A stretch of 64,000 nucleotides of DNA. Origin: an uncultured Bacilli bacterium (GTDB lineage: Bacteria; Bacillota_I; Bacilli_A; RF39; UBA660). The stretch covers positions 7,885 to 71,884 of the forward strand of contig CALVXC010000001.1 in NCBI GenBank assembly GCA_944368805.1. The letters run 5' to 3'. Shown piece by piece: positions 37,044-48,934 of this stretch (its first letter is position 1; each line of letters opens with the position of its first letter). The notes below the pieces were generated by a model. That model was not told the origin of the DNA, searched no databases, and saw nothing but the letters and a program-made list of their open reading frames with translations. A program made the position numbers and the translations under genes.

Positions 37044-38948
37044 ATGACAAAATACGATGAAAATTCAATAAAAATACTAGAAGGATTAGAAGCTGTTAGA
37101 AAGCGTCCTGGAATGTATATTGGTTCAACCGATAAACGGGGATTACATCATCTAATTTGGGAATTAGTTGATAATGCCATTGACGAAGTAATTAACGGTT
37201 ATGGTAATAAAATAAAAGTAACAATTAATGAAAATGGAAGTATAACCGTTGAAGATGAAGGTAGAGGTGTTCCTACCGGGATGCATAGTAGTGGAATGTC
37301 AACTCCAGAAGTAATTTATACTGTTTTACATGCTGGTGGTAAATTTGAAGACGGAAGCTATAAAGTATCAGGTGGACTACATGGTGTTGGAGCCAGCGTT
37401 GTAAATGCTTTAAGTAAATATTTAGAAGTAACTATTAAAAGAGATGGTTATGAATATTATATTAAATTTATCGATGGTGGGAAAACAGCTATACCTTTAC
37501 AGAAATTGGGTAAAACTAATCGTCATGGAACAAAAGTTACTTTTATGCCGGATGATACAATTTTCTCAACTACAACATTTTCTTTTACAACCATTTGCGA
37601 AAGAATGCAAGAAAGTGCCTTTTTATTAAAAGGATTAACAGTTGAAGTTGAAGATGTAGCCGATAATAAAAAAGAAGTTTTTCATTATGAACACGGTTTA
37701 AAAGCTTTTGTCGAATATTTAAACGAAGACAAAAAACCACTTCATAAAGTAGTTGCCTTTGAAGGAGTAAAAGATAAAATCGAAGTCGAAGTAGCTTTTC
37801 AATATACTGATACTTATTCAGAAAATTTAATTTCATTTGTTAATAACGTTAAAACAATCGATGGTGGGACTCATGAAGTAGGTTTTAAAACAGCTGTAAC
37901 TAAAGTATTCAATGAATATGCTAGAGAAAATGGCTATTTAAAAGCTAAAGATAAAAACTTTGAAGGAAACGATACTAAAGAAGGATTAACCGCGATTGTT
38001 AGTTTAAAAATACCTGAAACTTTACTTCAATTTGAAGGTCAAACTAAAGGTAAATTAGGTACTCCGGAAGCTAGAACTGTTGTAGAAAGTATCGTTAGTG
38101 AAAAGTTACAATTCTTTTTAGAAGAAAACAAGGAAATATCAACAAAAATATTAGAAAAAATGGTTAAAAGTAAAATGGTTAGAGAAGCCGCTAGAAAAGC
38201 ACGTGATGAAGCTAGAAACGGTAAAGACAAAGGAAAAAAAGAACGAGCTTTAAGTGGTAAATTAACGCCAGCTCAGAAAAAAGATCCTAACAAAAACGAA
38301 TTATTTTTAGTTGAAGGTGATTCAGCTGGAGGATCAGCTAAATTAGGTCGTGATAAAAAATATCAAGCCATTTTACCTCTTAAAGGAAAAGTAATTAATG
38401 CTGAAAAAACTAAATTAGAAGATATTTTAAAAAACGAAGAAATCAATACCATTATTTATACAGTAGGAGCTGGAGTAGGAAGTGATTTTGATATTAAAGA
38501 TTGTAATTATGATAAAGTTATAATTATGACTGATGCTGATGTTGATGGTGCACATATTCAAATTTTACTTTTAACGTTCTTTTATCGTTATATGAAACCA
38601 TTAATTGAAGCTGGGAAACTTTTTATTGCAAGACCACCATTATATAAAGCTGTTATTAATAAAAAAGTTTATTATGCTTGGAGTGATGAAGATTTAGCTA
38701 AATTACGTAGTGAACATAAAACAATTTCTAGTTTACAAAGATATAAAGGTTTAGGAGAAATGAATAGTGATCAACTTTGGGAAACGACCATGAATCCTGA
38801 TACTAGAAGTATGATTAAAGTTAATATTCAAGACGGCGCTTTAGCTGAAAAAAGAGTTAGTGTTTTAATGGGTGATAAAGTTGAACCTAGAAAAGATTGG
38901 ATTGAAGAAAACGTTGAATTTTCATTGGAAGATAATTATGCAATTTAG
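37044..38948 (+). CDS. parE: type IIA topoisomerase ATPase subunit, likely ParE (topoisomerase IV B)
   Basis: 634 aa. GHKL ATPase 'IWELVDNAIDE', 'GGLHGVGASVVNALS', TOPRIM 'LFLVEGDSAGG', 'PLKGKVINAEK'. No dnaA/dnaN/recF context, and the partner gene lacks a GyrA box. Confidence 0.75.
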   Translation: MTKYDENSIKILEGLEAVRKRPGMYIGSTDKRGLHHLIWELVDNAIDEVINGYGNKIKVTINENGSITVEDEGRGVPTGMHSSGMSTPEVIYTVLHAGGKFEDGSYKVSGGLHGVGASVVNALSKYLEVTIKRDGYEYYIKFIDGGKTAIPLQKLGKTNRHGTKVTFMPDDTIFSTTTFSFTTICERMQESAFLLKGLTVEVEDVADNKKEVFHYEHGLKAFVEYLNEDKKPLHKVVAFEGVKDKIEVEVAFQYTDTYSENLISFVNNVKTIDGGTHEVGFKTAVTKVFNEYARENGYLKAKDKNFEGNDTKEGLTAIVSLKIPETLLQFEGQTKGKLGTPEARTVVESIVSEKLQFFLEENKEISTKILEKMVKSKMVREAARKARDEARNGKDKGKKERALSGKLTPAQKKDPNKNELFLVEGDSAGGSAKLGRDKKYQAILPLKGKVINAEKTKLEDILKNEEINTIIYTVGAGVGSDFDIKDCNYDKVIIMTDADVDGAHIQILLLTFFYRYMKPLIEAGKLFIARPPLYKAVINKKVYYAWSDEDLAKLRSEHKTISSLQRYKGLGEMNSDQLWETTMNPDTRSMIKVNIQDGALAEKRVSVLMGDKVEPRKDWIEENVEFSLEDNYAI

Positions 38949-39022
38949 TTATAATAATTGTTATATATTTAAGATAAAAAAATAGAAATAAATAACTGTA
39001 AATATAGTTTAGTAGGTGATTA

Positions 39023-40738
39023 ATGGAAAAGAAAATTTATACTAAAAATTTGTGGGAAGTAGATAATAATTGTCAATTAATTAATCCTAATGATTATAAT
39101 TTTCAATTTAAAGGAAAAGCATTATGGATTAGTTTAGTTGACAAAATAGTATATGAATCTCCTAATAAGATAGTTGAAATTAATGAAACATCAATTTCTA
39201 ATCCCATAATTTTAGAACATGACACAATAAAAATAAATCCAACTTATTATAAAAATAATCAAGAACAAATAGATAAATTTATTTTAGAATTGATTAATAA
39301 TTTTAAAGGTGATAAGTTAAGTCTTGATAAAAATATTATAAATGATGATTTATTTAAACTAATTAAAAATAAAGATTTAAACGAAATAAGGCTTGGATAT
39401 AAAAGAGAACCATATGTTTTAAAAGAAAAAGATTTAAATTATATTCAACATATTAAAAATATTACTGTTGAAGAAGTGGAAGATAAATTAAAAGATAGTA
39501 TTCCTACATATTTAAATTATAAACCACTTAATTATCTAGTAGGACGTTATGATTGGCATGATTTAAATAATTATGAAGTATTATATTTTTATGATCCATT
39601 AAGCGAAGAAGAAATTTCTAATTTAAAATATATTGGTAAACAAGTGAAAAAAATAAGTATTGAATATAATGATTTTCGTAATATTCTTAAGGTTATTTCT
39701 AATTTATCTAATGTTGAAGTCGTAATTAAAGTAGAAGATAAATTTGATTTTCCATTTGAATATTTTGAACAATTTGATAATGTTTTTGTTGAAAACAATC
39801 GTGAAAAATATCCGGTTAAATATGTTATCGAACAAGAAGCAAAATTAGAAAAATTAGTAAAAAATATCAAAAATTCTAATCTATCACCATTAGAAAAATA
39901 TTTAGCTGTTTATGATATTGTTAAAAAATTTAAACAATATAAAGAAAACGAAGAAAATCTAAATCAGTCAAGAAAATTATATGAATTATTAGATAACAAA
40001 TATATTGTTTGCTTAGGTTTTGCTAAATTGTTAGAAGATTTATTACGTCGAATTGGAATAAAAGCAGTTAATTCAGTCGTTGAAGTTATTTTAAATGGTA
40101 ATGAATTAGAAAATTATAATGCTGGTCATGCGAGAGTGCTAGTTTATTTAAATGACCCTAAATATAACATTAAAGGTTATTTTGTGGCCGATCCTACTTG
40201 GGATAATAAAATGAATGAAAATTATTATAATTATTCTTTGATGACTCCACATGATCGTGAACTTGACAAGTTGATAACGTATTCAAAGGATGATTTGTAT
40301 GGTTCTGATAGTTTTGAAGAATTGCAAAAAAGATTTCAAAAAAGTGAGTTTGTTTTAACCCATTTTATGGATAATCTTAAATATTTTGATAAAGAATTTT
40401 ACGAAAACTTATTAAAAAAACATGGATTAGAAGAAAAAAAATTTTACTTGAAATTGACTGAACAACAAAAGAATGATCTTATAAATGACTTAAGTATTTT
40501 TACTTATATAAAAGAAAATACTGAAAAAGAAATAAGTGGGGTTACTTTAATTGATGCTGCAATGGAAGTATATAAATTTCAAAATCCTGATTATACCCTA
40601 GAAGAATATCAACAAGTCAAAAACGATTTAATTAAAAGTAATATAAAAAGGCAAGAAGAAGTCTTTCCTAAAATAGAGCGATATAATGATACAGAGTATG
40701 ATGTAATTGGAAATAAAAACAATAAATTTAGTAGGTGA
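39023..40738 (+). CDS. transglutaminase-like (TGc) cysteine-protease-fold domain protein
   Basis: 571 aa. Core 'IVCLGFAKLLEDLLRRIGIKAVNSVV...GHARVLVYLND...GYFVADPTWDN' follows the TGc Cys-His-Asp pattern (CxGFA...LLR..GI.A...G; H.W...Y; DPT). Confidence 0.55.
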   Translation: MEKKIYTKNLWEVDNNCQLINPNDYNFQFKGKALWISLVDKIVYESPNKIVEINETSISNPIILEHDTIKINPTYYKNNQEQIDKFILELINNFKGDKLSLDKNIINDDLFKLIKNKDLNEIRLGYKREPYVLKEKDLNYIQHIKNITVEEVEDKLKDSIPTYLNYKPLNYLVGRYDWHDLNNYEVLYFYDPLSEEEISNLKYIGKQVKKISIEYNDFRNILKVISNLSNVEVVIKVEDKFDFPFEYFEQFDNVFVENNREKYPVKYVIEQEAKLEKLVKNIKNSNLSPLEKYLAVYDIVKKFKQYKENEENLNQSRKLYELLDNKYIVCLGFAKLLEDLLRRIGIKAVNSVVEVILNGNELENYNAGHARVLVYLNDPKYNIKGYFVADPTWDNKMNENYYNYSLMTPHDRELDKLITYSKDDLYGSDSFEELQKRFQKSEFVLTHFMDNLKYFDKEFYENLLKKHGLEEKKFYLKLTEQQKNDLINDLSIFTYIKENTEKEISGVTLIDAAMEVYKFQNPDYTLEEYQQVKNDLIKSNIKRQEEVFPKIERYNDTEYDVIGNKNNKFSR

Positions 40739-40742
40739 GAGA

Positions 40743-43253
40743 ATGAAAAGTGTACTTAATAGAATTTACGATTATACCCTAGAAGATATTATGGGAGAAA
40801 GTTTTGGACAATATGCTAAAGAAATTATTCAAGATAGAGCCTTACCCGATGTTAGAGATGGTTTAAAACCTGTTCAAAGACGTATTTTATATGGTATGTA
40901 TCGTGATAAAAACACATATGATAATGCCTATAAAAAATCAGCTAAAACGGTAGGAGCTGTCATGGGATCATTTCACCCTCATGGTGATTCAAGTATTTAT
41001 GAAGCCATGATAAGAATGAGTCAATGGTGGAAACAAAATCAAATTTTAATTGACGTTCAAGGTAATAACGGTTCAATTGATGGAGACGGTCCAGCAGCTA
41101 TGCGTTATACAGAAGCTAGACTTGCTAAAATAAGTAACGAATTATTAAAAGACATCGATAAAAAAACCGTTACTTGGGCTCCTAATTATGATGATACTAT
41201 TTTAGAACCTACTGTTTTACCAGCTAAATTTCCTAATCTTTTAGTAAACGGTTCAACGGGAATAAGTGCTGGTTATGCTACCAATATTCCACCCCATAAT
41301 TTAGGGGAAGTAATTGACGCTACGATTAAACGAATCGATAGCCCTAATTGTTATTTAGATAGTATTTTAGAAATTATTAAGGGACCAGACTTTCCAACTG
41401 GTGGTATAGCATCTGGTAAAAATGGTATTCGTGATGCTTATAAAACTGGAAAAGGGAGAATTATCGTTAGTTCTAAAACTGAATTTGTTAAAGAAAAAAG
41501 TAAAGAACAAATTATAATTCATGAAATTCCTTTTGAAGTCAATAAAGCCAATTTAATTAAAAAAATCGATGAAATTAGAATTGATAAAAAAATAGACGGT
41601 ATAGCTGAAATAAGAGATGAATCGAATCGTGAAGAACCAATGCGTATTGTTATTGATTTAAAAAAAGGTGCTGATAAAGATTTTATTTTAAAATATTTAC
41701 TTAAAAATACTGAATTACAAGTTTCTTATAATTTTAATATGGTTGCAATCGTTAATCGTCGACCTATGACTTTAGGTATTTTAGCAATATTAGATGCTTA
41801 TATTGCTCATCAAAAAGAAGTTATTTTAAAAAGAACAGCTTTTGATTTAGAATTCGCTAAAAATAGAATGCATATTGTTGAAGGTTTAATTAAAGCTTTA
41901 TCTATTTTAGATGAAGTTATTAAAACCATTAGAGCCAGTAAAAATAAAAGTGATGCTGAAAAAAACTTATGTTTAAAATATGATTTTACGGAAAAACAAG
42001 CTGAAGCTATTGTTAAACTACAATTGTATCGTTTAACTAATACCGATGTTAGTGAATTACAAGCTGAATTTGAACACTTAAAAATAGTTATTGCTGGTTT
42101 AGAAGTTATTTTACACGATGAAGACAAATTAAAACATGTTATGAAAGAAGAACTTCGTAAAATAAAAAAAGAATATGCAGTAGAAAGAAAAACAGAAATT
42201 AAAGAAGAAATCGAAGAAATCAAAATTGATACGATGAAAATGATTACTAAAGAAGATTGTGTTGTTTTAGTTACTAACGATGGCTATGTAAAAAGAACAA
42301 ATTTAAGAAGTTATAATGCAACGGAAGATTTACCACAATTAAAAGAAAATGATTATATAATTGGTATGTATGAAATGAATACTATGGATACACTATTATT
42401 ATTTACTAATTTAGGAAGTTATTTATATATACCAGTTTATGAATTACCTGATTTAAAATGGAAAGAGTTAGGTAAACATGTAAGTAATGTTATAAAAATG
42501 TCTAGTGATGAAAAAATAGTTAAAAGTTTACCAGTTTACAATTTTGAAGAAAATTATAATATTACGATTTTTACTAAAAATGGAATGGTAAAAAGAACTA
42601 ATTTAAAAGAATTTAAAGCTAGTCGTTATTCTAAACCAATTACTTGTATGAAATTAAAAGATGATGATCAAGTTGTTAGTGTAACAGATAACAAAGGAAG
42701 TCAAGTATTTATTACCACTTACCGGGGCTATGGTTTACGCTATAATACTAGTGAAATACCGATTGTTGGTTTAAAAGCCAGTGGTGTTAAAGCTATTACT
42801 TTAAAGGAAGATTATGTTACTAACGGAATTGTTTTCGATAATATAGACTATTTGACAGTTGTTACAACCAAAGGTACAGCTAAAAGAGTTAAATTATCTG
42901 AATTTGAAAAAACTTCTCGTGCGAGAAAAGGTGTTTTAATAGTTCGTGATGTTAAAACTAATCCATATTACATTTTAAAAACTTTTATTATTAGTAATAA
43001 AAACGAATTAGGTTTAAAAACGAAAGATGAAATTAAATTAATCAAATTAACAGAATTACCAATTGCTGATCGTTATTCAACAGGTACAACTGTTTCTAAA
43101 CAATTGTTAAAAGATGTATTTGAAGTGAAAAATCTAGAAAATAAAAACATATTTGAAGTAGAAAATGAAGAAATAATTGAAGATATATCATTAGATACAA
43201 TTGATAAAAGAATGATGACGATTGATGATTTTCTAAATGATTTTGAAAAATAA
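40743..43253 (+). CDS. parC: type IIA topoisomerase A subunit, likely ParC (topoisomerase IV A)
   Basis: ATG 40743 after 'aggtgag'. 'LEDIMGESFGQYAKEIIQDRALPDVRDGLKPVQRRILY', active-site region 'AMRYTEARL'. No QRRGGKG GyrA box was seen in the C-terminal domain. Confidence 0.75.
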   Translation: MKSVLNRIYDYTLEDIMGESFGQYAKEIIQDRALPDVRDGLKPVQRRILYGMYRDKNTYDNAYKKSAKTVGAVMGSFHPHGDSSIYEAMIRMSQWWKQNQILIDVQGNNGSIDGDGPAAMRYTEARLAKISNELLKDIDKKTVTWAPNYDDTILEPTVLPAKFPNLLVNGSTGISAGYATNIPPHNLGEVIDATIKRIDSPNCYLDSILEIIKGPDFPTGGIASGKNGIRDAYKTGKGRIIVSSKTEFVKEKSKEQIIIHEIPFEVNKANLIKKIDEIRIDKKIDGIAEIRDESNREEPMRIVIDLKKGADKDFILKYLLKNTELQVSYNFNMVAIVNRRPMTLGILAILDAYIAHQKEVILKRTAFDLEFAKNRMHIVEGLIKALSILDEVIKTIRASKNKSDAEKNLCLKYDFTEKQAEAIVKLQLYRLTNTDVSELQAEFEHLKIVIAGLEVILHDEDKLKHVMKEELRKIKKEYAVERKTEIKEEIEEIKIDTMKMITKEDCVVLVTNDGYVKRTNLRSYNATEDLPQLKENDYIIGMYEMNTMDTLLLFTNLGSYLYIPVYELPDLKWKELGKHVSNVIKMSSDEKIVKSLPVYNFEENYNITIFTKNGMVKRTNLKEFKASRYSKPITCMKLKDDDQVVSVTDNKGSQVFITTYRGYGLRYNTSEIPIVGLKASGVKAITLKEDYVTNGIVFDNIDYLTVVTTKGTAKRVKLSEFEKTSRARKGVLIVRDVKTNPYYILKTFIISNKNELGLKTKDEIKLIKLTELPIADRYSTGTTVSKQLLKDVFEVKNLENKNIFEVENEEIIEDISLDTIDKRMMTIDDFLNDFEK

Positions 43254-43300
43254 AAAATATATTAATCCATAAGAATTAATATATTTTTTTTATTTATTTT
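43254..43300. terminator. bidirectional AT-rich hairpin between convergent parC and arcC
   Basis: aaaaaatatattaat...attaatatatttttt inverted repeat (about 15 bp arms) with T/A runs on both sides. Confidence 0.5.
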
Positions 43301-44205
43301 ACTATTACTGTACAATCTATTTCATTTAAAGCATTACTTAAATTATTTAGACCAGTAATAATAGCTTTATTATTTGTTTCATTTACAAAATTAATAGCTG
43401 CTTCAATTTTAGGTTTCATACTTCCCTTAGCAAAATGTCCATCATTTAAATATTGTTTAGCTTCACTAGTAGTTATTTTTTCTAAAATTTGATGATTAGG
43501 TTTACCAAAGTTTAATTCAGCATGATTAACAGTAGTTAAAATAATTAAATAATCAGCTTTTAACATAATAGCTAATTTAGAAGAAGCTAAATCTTTATCA
43601 ATAACAGCAGCAATTGGTTCATTATTGTTTTCATTAAAAACAGGAATTCCACCACCACCACAAGTTATAACAATGTGATTAGTTTTTAATAAATCTTTAA
43701 TTGTTTCAATTTCTACTATATCTTGAGGAATAGGGGAAGCAACCACTTTTCGATATCCCCTATTAGCATCTAAAGCAAAAACTTCATTAGTTGTTTTGGC
43801 TAATCTTAAAGCTGTTTCTTTGGAATAGAAAGGACCAATTGGTTTTGAAGGATCATTAAATGCTTGATCATTTCTATCAACAACTACTTGAGTAATTAAT
43901 GATACAATTTTACGATTAGGTAAATATTGTTTTAAGTTTTTTTGCAGATGATAACCGATATAACCTTGACTCATAGCTGTACATTCAGTTAAAGGCATAT
44001 AAGGAATATCATCATTTTCATATGAATCTTCAAATGCTAAATTAATAATTCCTACTTGTGGACCATTACCATGCGTAATTATTATTTCGTGTCCAGCTTC
44101 GATTAATGGTAAAAAATTCTTAACGGTTTTTCTTATATTAGCTTGCTGTTCATCCGGGTAGTTACCTAAAGCATTGCCACCTAAAGCAATAACTAAACGA
44201 CTCAT
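43294..44205 (-). CDS. arcC: carbamate kinase (AguC/ArcC)
   Basis: 303 aa. '[13 protein letters not shown]', 'THGNGPQVG', '[11 protein letters not shown]' are carbamate kinase signatures. Last gene of the agmatine deiminase operon. Confidence 0.9.
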   Translation of the reverse strand: MSRLVIALGGNALGNYPDEQQANIRKTVKNFLPLIEAGHEIIITHGNGPQVGIINLAFEDSYENDDIPYMPLTECTAMSQGYIGYHLQKNLKQYLPNRKIVSLITQVVVDRNDQAFNDPSKPIGPFYSKETALRLAKTTNEVFALDANRGYRKVVASPIPQDIVEIETIKDLLKTNHIVITCGGGGIPVFNENNNEPIAAVIDKDLASSKLAIMLKADYLIILTTVNHAELNFGKPNHQILEKITTSEAKQYLNDGHFAKGSMKPKIEAAINFVNETNNKAIITGLNNLSNALNEIDCTVIVK

Positions 44206-45302
44206 TTATGTTTATAAGGTACTTGTTGGGTAATACAATGAATATTACCACCACCTAATAATATTTCACGAGCATAAACCGTTTCGATTTGACGATCAGG
44301 ATATAGTTCACTTAATTTTTTAATAGCTAATTCATCATGAGGGTCATTAAATATTGGTAGAATAATGGCACCATTAACAGTGTAATAATTAACGTAAGAA
44401 GCGGCCATTCGATCGTTTTCATTACGTGGTAAAGTTCCGTCAACAGCATCAACTCCTAAACTTTCTTCTTTCGTAATTAAAACAGGATTAGGAATTAATA
44501 ACTTATGAATTTCTAATTTACGTCCCTTTGCATCAACTTCATTTTCTAAATATTCTAATGCTTTTTTAGAACGCTCATATTGTGGATCAGACTCATCATC
44601 AGTCCAAGCTAAAACAACAACACCTGGACGAACAAAATTACACATATTATCAACATGACCATTAGTCTCATCGTTATAAATACCTTCAGGTATCCATAAA
44701 ACTTTGCTTGCTCCTAAATAATCACATAATTTTTTTTCAATTTCTTCTTTAGATAAAGAAGGATTACGACCTTCAGATAATAAACATTCTTCGGTCACCA
44801 TAATCGTTCCTTCACCATCACTATGAATTGATCCACCTTCTAAAACAAAGTCATCTAAACGATATCTTTTAACCCCTTCTAGTTCACACATTTTACTAGC
44901 AATTTTATCATCTTTATCCCAAGGAAAATATAGTCCATCGACTAATCCCCCCCAAGCATTAAAATTCCAATCAACACCACGCATAATACCTTCATCATTA
45001 ACAACAAATGTTGCACCACAATCACGAATCCAGGAATCGTTATTACTCATTTCAATAACTTTAACATTTTCAGGGACTAATCCTAAAACATTTTCATATT
45101 GTGTATCATTAACTCCAACAATTACTGGTTCGTATTTGTTGATAGCTTTAATAACGTTGATAAAAGCTTCTTGCGCAGGTTTAGCGCCTAAGCGCCAATT
45201 ATCAGTTCTTTCTGGCCATAATATATAAGTGTGAGAATGTTTTTCAAATTCACCAGGCATTCTAAAACCATCTTTTATGGGAGTAGTATTTAATTTTTTC
45301 AT
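44202..45302 (-). CDS. aguA: agmatine deiminase
   Basis: 366 aa. '[31 protein letters not shown]' parallels E. faecalis AguA. C-terminal '[10 protein letters not shown]' catalytic Cys. Confidence 0.85.
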   Translation of the reverse strand: MKKLNTTPIKDGFRMPGEFEKHSHTYILWPERTDNWRLGAKPAQEAFINVIKAINKYEPVIVGVNDTQYENVLGLVPENVKVIEMSNNDSWIRDCGATFVVNDEGIMRGVDWNFNAWGGLVDGLYFPWDKDDKIASKMCELEGVKRYRLDDFVLEGGSIHSDGEGTIMVTEECLLSEGRNPSLSKEEIEKKLCDYLGASKVLWIPEGIYNDETNGHVDNMCNFVRPGVVVLAWTDDESDPQYERSKKALEYLENEVDAKGRKLEIHKLLIPNPVLITKEESLGVDAVDGTLPRNENDRMAASYVNYYTVNGAIILPIFNDPHDELAIKKLSELYPDRQIETVYAREILLGGGNIHCITQQVPYKHK

Positions 45303-46702
45303 TATTGAATCTCCTTTTTAACACGGAAAGCTAAAATTTCTTGAATTACAAGTGATATAGCTACACCAATTATAAGTGGTAAATTAGCCATAATTGATTC
45401 TTTAGTAAAATCGATAAATAAAGTAAAGATAATACCAGCTATTAACAAAATTAAAGGTATATAAGTCATAAGATTAATTAAAACTTTGCCACCTGGAACT
45501 TTATAAGCCCTTTGGGTTTTATCTGTTTTTCTTAATTTTAAGAAAGCAGGGAATAGTGGTATATAACTCATAAGTAGGGTAACTAAACTAAAGCTAAAGA
45601 AAGTCCAGAATAAGTTAGAAGCACTTTCACTAACTTCACCTAAAATAACTCCAATTAATACGATAACGGTAGCTACTAAACCATTGATAATTGAGGCCAT
45701 ATATGGAACACCTTTTTTATTGGTTTTAGCAAAACTTTTTGGAAGTCCACCATCGTTAGCAGAATATTTAGCAACAGAGTTAACTCCAAATGACCATGAT
45801 ACGATATTAGCAACCATTGTATAGATAAACATTAAACCAACAACGATAACAATTGTTCTTATTAAAGCATCATTAACCCCTAATGATGATAATAAAATAG
45901 CAAATGATTCAGTAATTCCTGATGCTTCAGCTTGTTCAGTTGTCATAGCAATATTAACACCAGTTGCTGGTAAAATATAGAATAAAGCCATTAAAGATCC
46001 ACCAATTATAAGCGCTTTAGGTATTTCTTTTTTAGGATTTTCCATATCATCAGTGAATGTTGCTACAACTTCAAATCCTAAGAAATTAAAGATAATAACT
46101 GATATAAATGATAATCCAGCCAAATCTAAACTAGGGAATAAATCAGCTACACTAGTTACTGGATTCGCACTTTCTCCAGTTTTTATAAAAACATAAATTC
46201 CTAAAAATCCTAAACCTACCATAAAGGCGATTTTAAAGAAAGTTCCTAAATTAACGATCCATTTACTTTCACCAATTCTTTGCGTACCTAATAAAGATAC
46301 TATCCATGTATAAGCCAGTTGTAAAACTAATAGCCATATTATTGAAAGTTCAATATCAAAAATGTTCATTATAACATCAGTAACAGCAACAGCTAAAGAA
46401 GCAATCCAAAGTGGGAAATTAATCCAATAATTCCAAGCTACACGTGCTGCCCATTTTTTACCAAATGCTTTTTTAACCCAATCGTACATTCCGCCTTCGC
46501 TTTGAAAAGTACTACCAAGTTCAGCAGAAATTAAACCATAAGGTAGGCAAAAAGCAATTATAAGTAATATCCACCAAAAATATTGGGAATTACCAATCGC
46601 TGCCGATGGTGTAACTGATTCAGCAACTAAAGTAATACAAACAGTTGCTAAAATAGCATCGACTAAACGAAATTTTTTCTTTTTCACAACTTTATCTTTC
46701 AT
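45302..46702 (-). CDS. aguD: agmatine/putrescine antiporter (APC-family amino-acid permease)
   Basis: 466 aa, 12 TM, APC permease. Position between ptcA and aguA as in the aguBDAC operon. Confidence 0.75.
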   Translation of the reverse strand: MKDKVVKKKKFRLVDAILATVCITLVAESVTPSAAIGNSQYFWWILLIIAFCLPYGLISAELGSTFQSEGGMYDWVKKAFGKKWAARVAWNYWINFPLWIASLAVAVTDVIMNIFDIELSIIWLLVLQLAYTWIVSLLGTQRIGESKWIVNLGTFFKIAFMVGLGFLGIYVFIKTGESANPVTSVADLFPSLDLAGLSFISVIIFNFLGFEVVATFTDDMENPKKEIPKALIIGGSLMALFYILPATGVNIAMTTEQAEASGITESFAILLSSLGVNDALIRTIVIVVGLMFIYTMVANIVSWSFGVNSVAKYSANDGGLPKSFAKTNKKGVPYMASIINGLVATVIVLIGVILGEVSESASNLFWTFFSFSLVTLLMSYIPLFPAFLKLRKTDKTQRAYKVPGGKVLINLMTYIPLILLIAGIIFTLFIDFTKESIMANLPLIIGVAISLVIQEILAFRVKKEIQ

Positions 46703-46711
46703 TTTACACTC

Positions 46712-47707
46712 CTAATTTTCTAAATTATTTTTTATTATTTCTCTTGTTTCATTTTCTTTACCCATGAAGTATACTAGTAAAGCTCGAATTGAAGTTAAAC
46801 GATTTTCAGCTTCATCTAAAACAATTGAATATTCTGAATCAATAACTTCGTCAGTAACTTCTTCACCACGAGAAGCTGGCAGGCAATGCATGAACTTAAC
46901 GTTTGGTGAAGCTTTTTTAATCATATCCATATCAACTTGATATTTAGGATAGAAAATATTCATTCTTTGTTCTTTACTTAATTCAGCTTCATATAATCCA
47001 TACCAAACATCAGTATAGATAAAATCAGCGTCTTTTAAAGCCTCATCTTCATCTTCAGTCACATAAAATTGTCCACCAGAAGTTTTACAGTTTTCTAAAG
47101 CAATTTGTCTAAATTCTTCTTTTAATTGGAAGTCTTTAGGACCATAATGAACAAAAGTTCCTCCTAGTTTGGTAATAATCATCATTAATGAAGCACATAC
47201 TTGAGTAGCATCACCAACAAAGACAATTTTACAATCTTCAATTTTTTTGTTAGGGGGTAAGTGTTCTAGCATCGTTGTAACGTCCCCCATCTCTTGGGTT
47301 GGATGATTATAATCACTCATACCATTAATAACAGGAATGCTACATTCACGTCCTAATGTTTCAATACTTTCGTGTTTAATAACGCGAGCCATTACAATAT
47401 CAACTAATCTTGAAATAACATGAGCTGTATCGTTTAAATTTTCATGTGCTCCTAATTGAATTTGACCAGGCGCTAAATATTGAGCATGTCCACCAAGTTG
47501 GGTCATAGCTGTTTCAAACGATATTCTCGTTCTAGTTGATGATTGTTCGAAAATCATTCCTAATGATTTGTGGTATAAAACATTTAAGTGATTACCAGCT
47601 TTTAAATGTTTTTTAATCGATAATCCTAAATCAATAATATTAAGTAATTCTTCTTTAGTGAAGTCTTGAGTATCGATAAAACTTGTTTTCATAATTCCTC
47701 CTTTCAT
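46712..47707 (-). CDS. ptcA: putrescine carbamoyltransferase
   Basis: '[21 protein letters not shown]' (STRTR carbamoyl-phosphate site), '[17 protein letters not shown]', '[13 protein letters not shown]'. Collinear with Enterococcus PTCase along the whole length. Confidence 0.9.
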   Translation of the reverse strand: MKGGIMKTSFIDTQDFTKEELLNIIDLGLSIKKHLKAGNHLNVLYHKSLGMIFEQSSTRTRISFETAMTQLGGHAQYLAPGQIQLGAHENLNDTAHVISRLVDIVMARVIKHESIETLGRECSIPVINGMSDYNHPTQEMGDVTTMLEHLPPNKKIEDCKIVFVGDATQVCASLMMIITKLGGTFVHYGPKDFQLKEEFRQIALENCKTSGGQFYVTEDEDEALKDADFIYTDVWYGLYEAELSKEQRMNIFYPKYQVDMDMIKKASPNVKFMHCLPASRGEEVTDEVIDSEYSIVLDEAENRLTSIRALLVYFMGKENETREIIKNNLEN

Positions 47708-47897
47708 AAGTAACTACTGTTACTATCTATTATAAATATATAATAATATAGTATACTTGTAAAGAATAAAGTTAATTATCGTTGTCAAAAAATGTAAACT
47801 TTTGTAAGTGATAATATATTAATAAAGTTTGCTATTTGTTTTAATATATAAATATTACTAATTAAAGAAAAAAAGTTTTCTTTTAAGAATAGAAAAC

Positions 47898-48929
47898 TTA
47901 TTTTATTTCTGACCATAAACGATCATATTTTGTAATATTTTCACCAATATCGATAACAAATTCACCATTATTCATAATTCTATCAGGAATATTCATTGCT
48001 TCATTATTTAAATAAGAATCACTTAATAATTTATTTGTTTCTTGATTTACATTTTTATAAGGAAAATAAGTAACAACTCGCTTCATAACTTCAGGATTTA
48101 AAATATAATTGATAAATTTTAAAGCATTTTCTTTATTTTTTGCTCCCTTACTGATAACGAAATTGTCGATCCATTTATAAATACCTTCTTTAGGAAAAAC
48201 AATTTCAATATTACTATTTTCACCTATTGCTAAAGCAGCTTCAGCATTCCAAATAACGCCGATACTAGCTTCTTCAGTAATTAAAGAACCTTTAGGATTA
48301 TCACTATCATATAATTTAATATTAGGTTTAAGTTCTAAAAGGAATTCCTTAGCCTCAGCTAAAGCATAATCATTAGTATCATTTAACGAATAGCCATTAG
48401 CTTTTAAAGCTATACCAATTACAACTCGTTCATCATCTAATAAAACAATACTATCTTTATATTTAGGATTCAATAAATCATTGTAAGAAGTAATATTTTC
48501 TTCGATCTTTTGTTTATTAACAGCTATTACAACACCACCAGCAATAAAAGGAACAGAATAATCATTATTTGGATCATAACTTTGATTTAAATAATTAGGA
48601 TCCAAATTACTAAAATTAGTTAAACTAGCAGTATCTATTTTTTCAAGTAAATCTTTTTTTAACATAATATCAACCATATAATCACTAGGAACTAATATAT
48701 CATAAGTTCCTGTTTTAGAAGACATTACTTTAGCTAAACATTCTTCATTTGAAGAATAAGTGCTATAATTTACTTTAATATCATATTCTTTTTCAAATTG
48801 TCTAATCACTGAATCAGGAATGTATTCTGACCAATTAAAAACATTTACTTCGCCATTTTCATATTTTTGATTACAACCAGTTAAACCTAAAAGTAATATA
48901 AATAAAACTAATAACTTTATTTTTTTCAT
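47898..48929 (-). CDS. potD: spermidine/putrescine ABC transporter substrate-binding lipoprotein
   Basis: Lipobox 'LGLTGC'. PotD-type SBP (343 aa), last gene of potABCD. Confidence 0.8.
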   Translation of the reverse strand: MKKIKLLVLFILLLGLTGCNQKYENGEVNVFNWSEYIPDSVIRQFEKEYDIKVNYSTYSSNEECLAKVMSSKTGTYDILVPSDYMVDIMLKKDLLEKIDTASLTNFSNLDPNYLNQSYDPNNDYSVPFIAGGVVIAVNKQKIEENITSYNDLLNPKYKDSIVLLDDERVVIGIALKANGYSLNDTNDYALAEAKEFLLELKPNIKLYDSDNPKGSLITEEASIGVIWNAEAALAIGENSNIEIVFPKEGIYKWIDNFVISKGAKNKENALKFINYILNPEVMKRVVTYFPYKNVNQETNKLLSDSYLNNEAMNIPDRIMNNGEFVIDIGENITKYDRLWSEIK

Positions 48930-48934
48930 TTAAA

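Noticed and set aside
37044-43253. Calling the topoisomerase pair gyrB/gyrA
   Set aside because: No dnaA-dnaN-recF context. The A subunit lacks a recognisable GyrA box (QRRGGKG) and the subunit sizes fit ParE/ParC better. Kept as parE/parC with moderate confidence.
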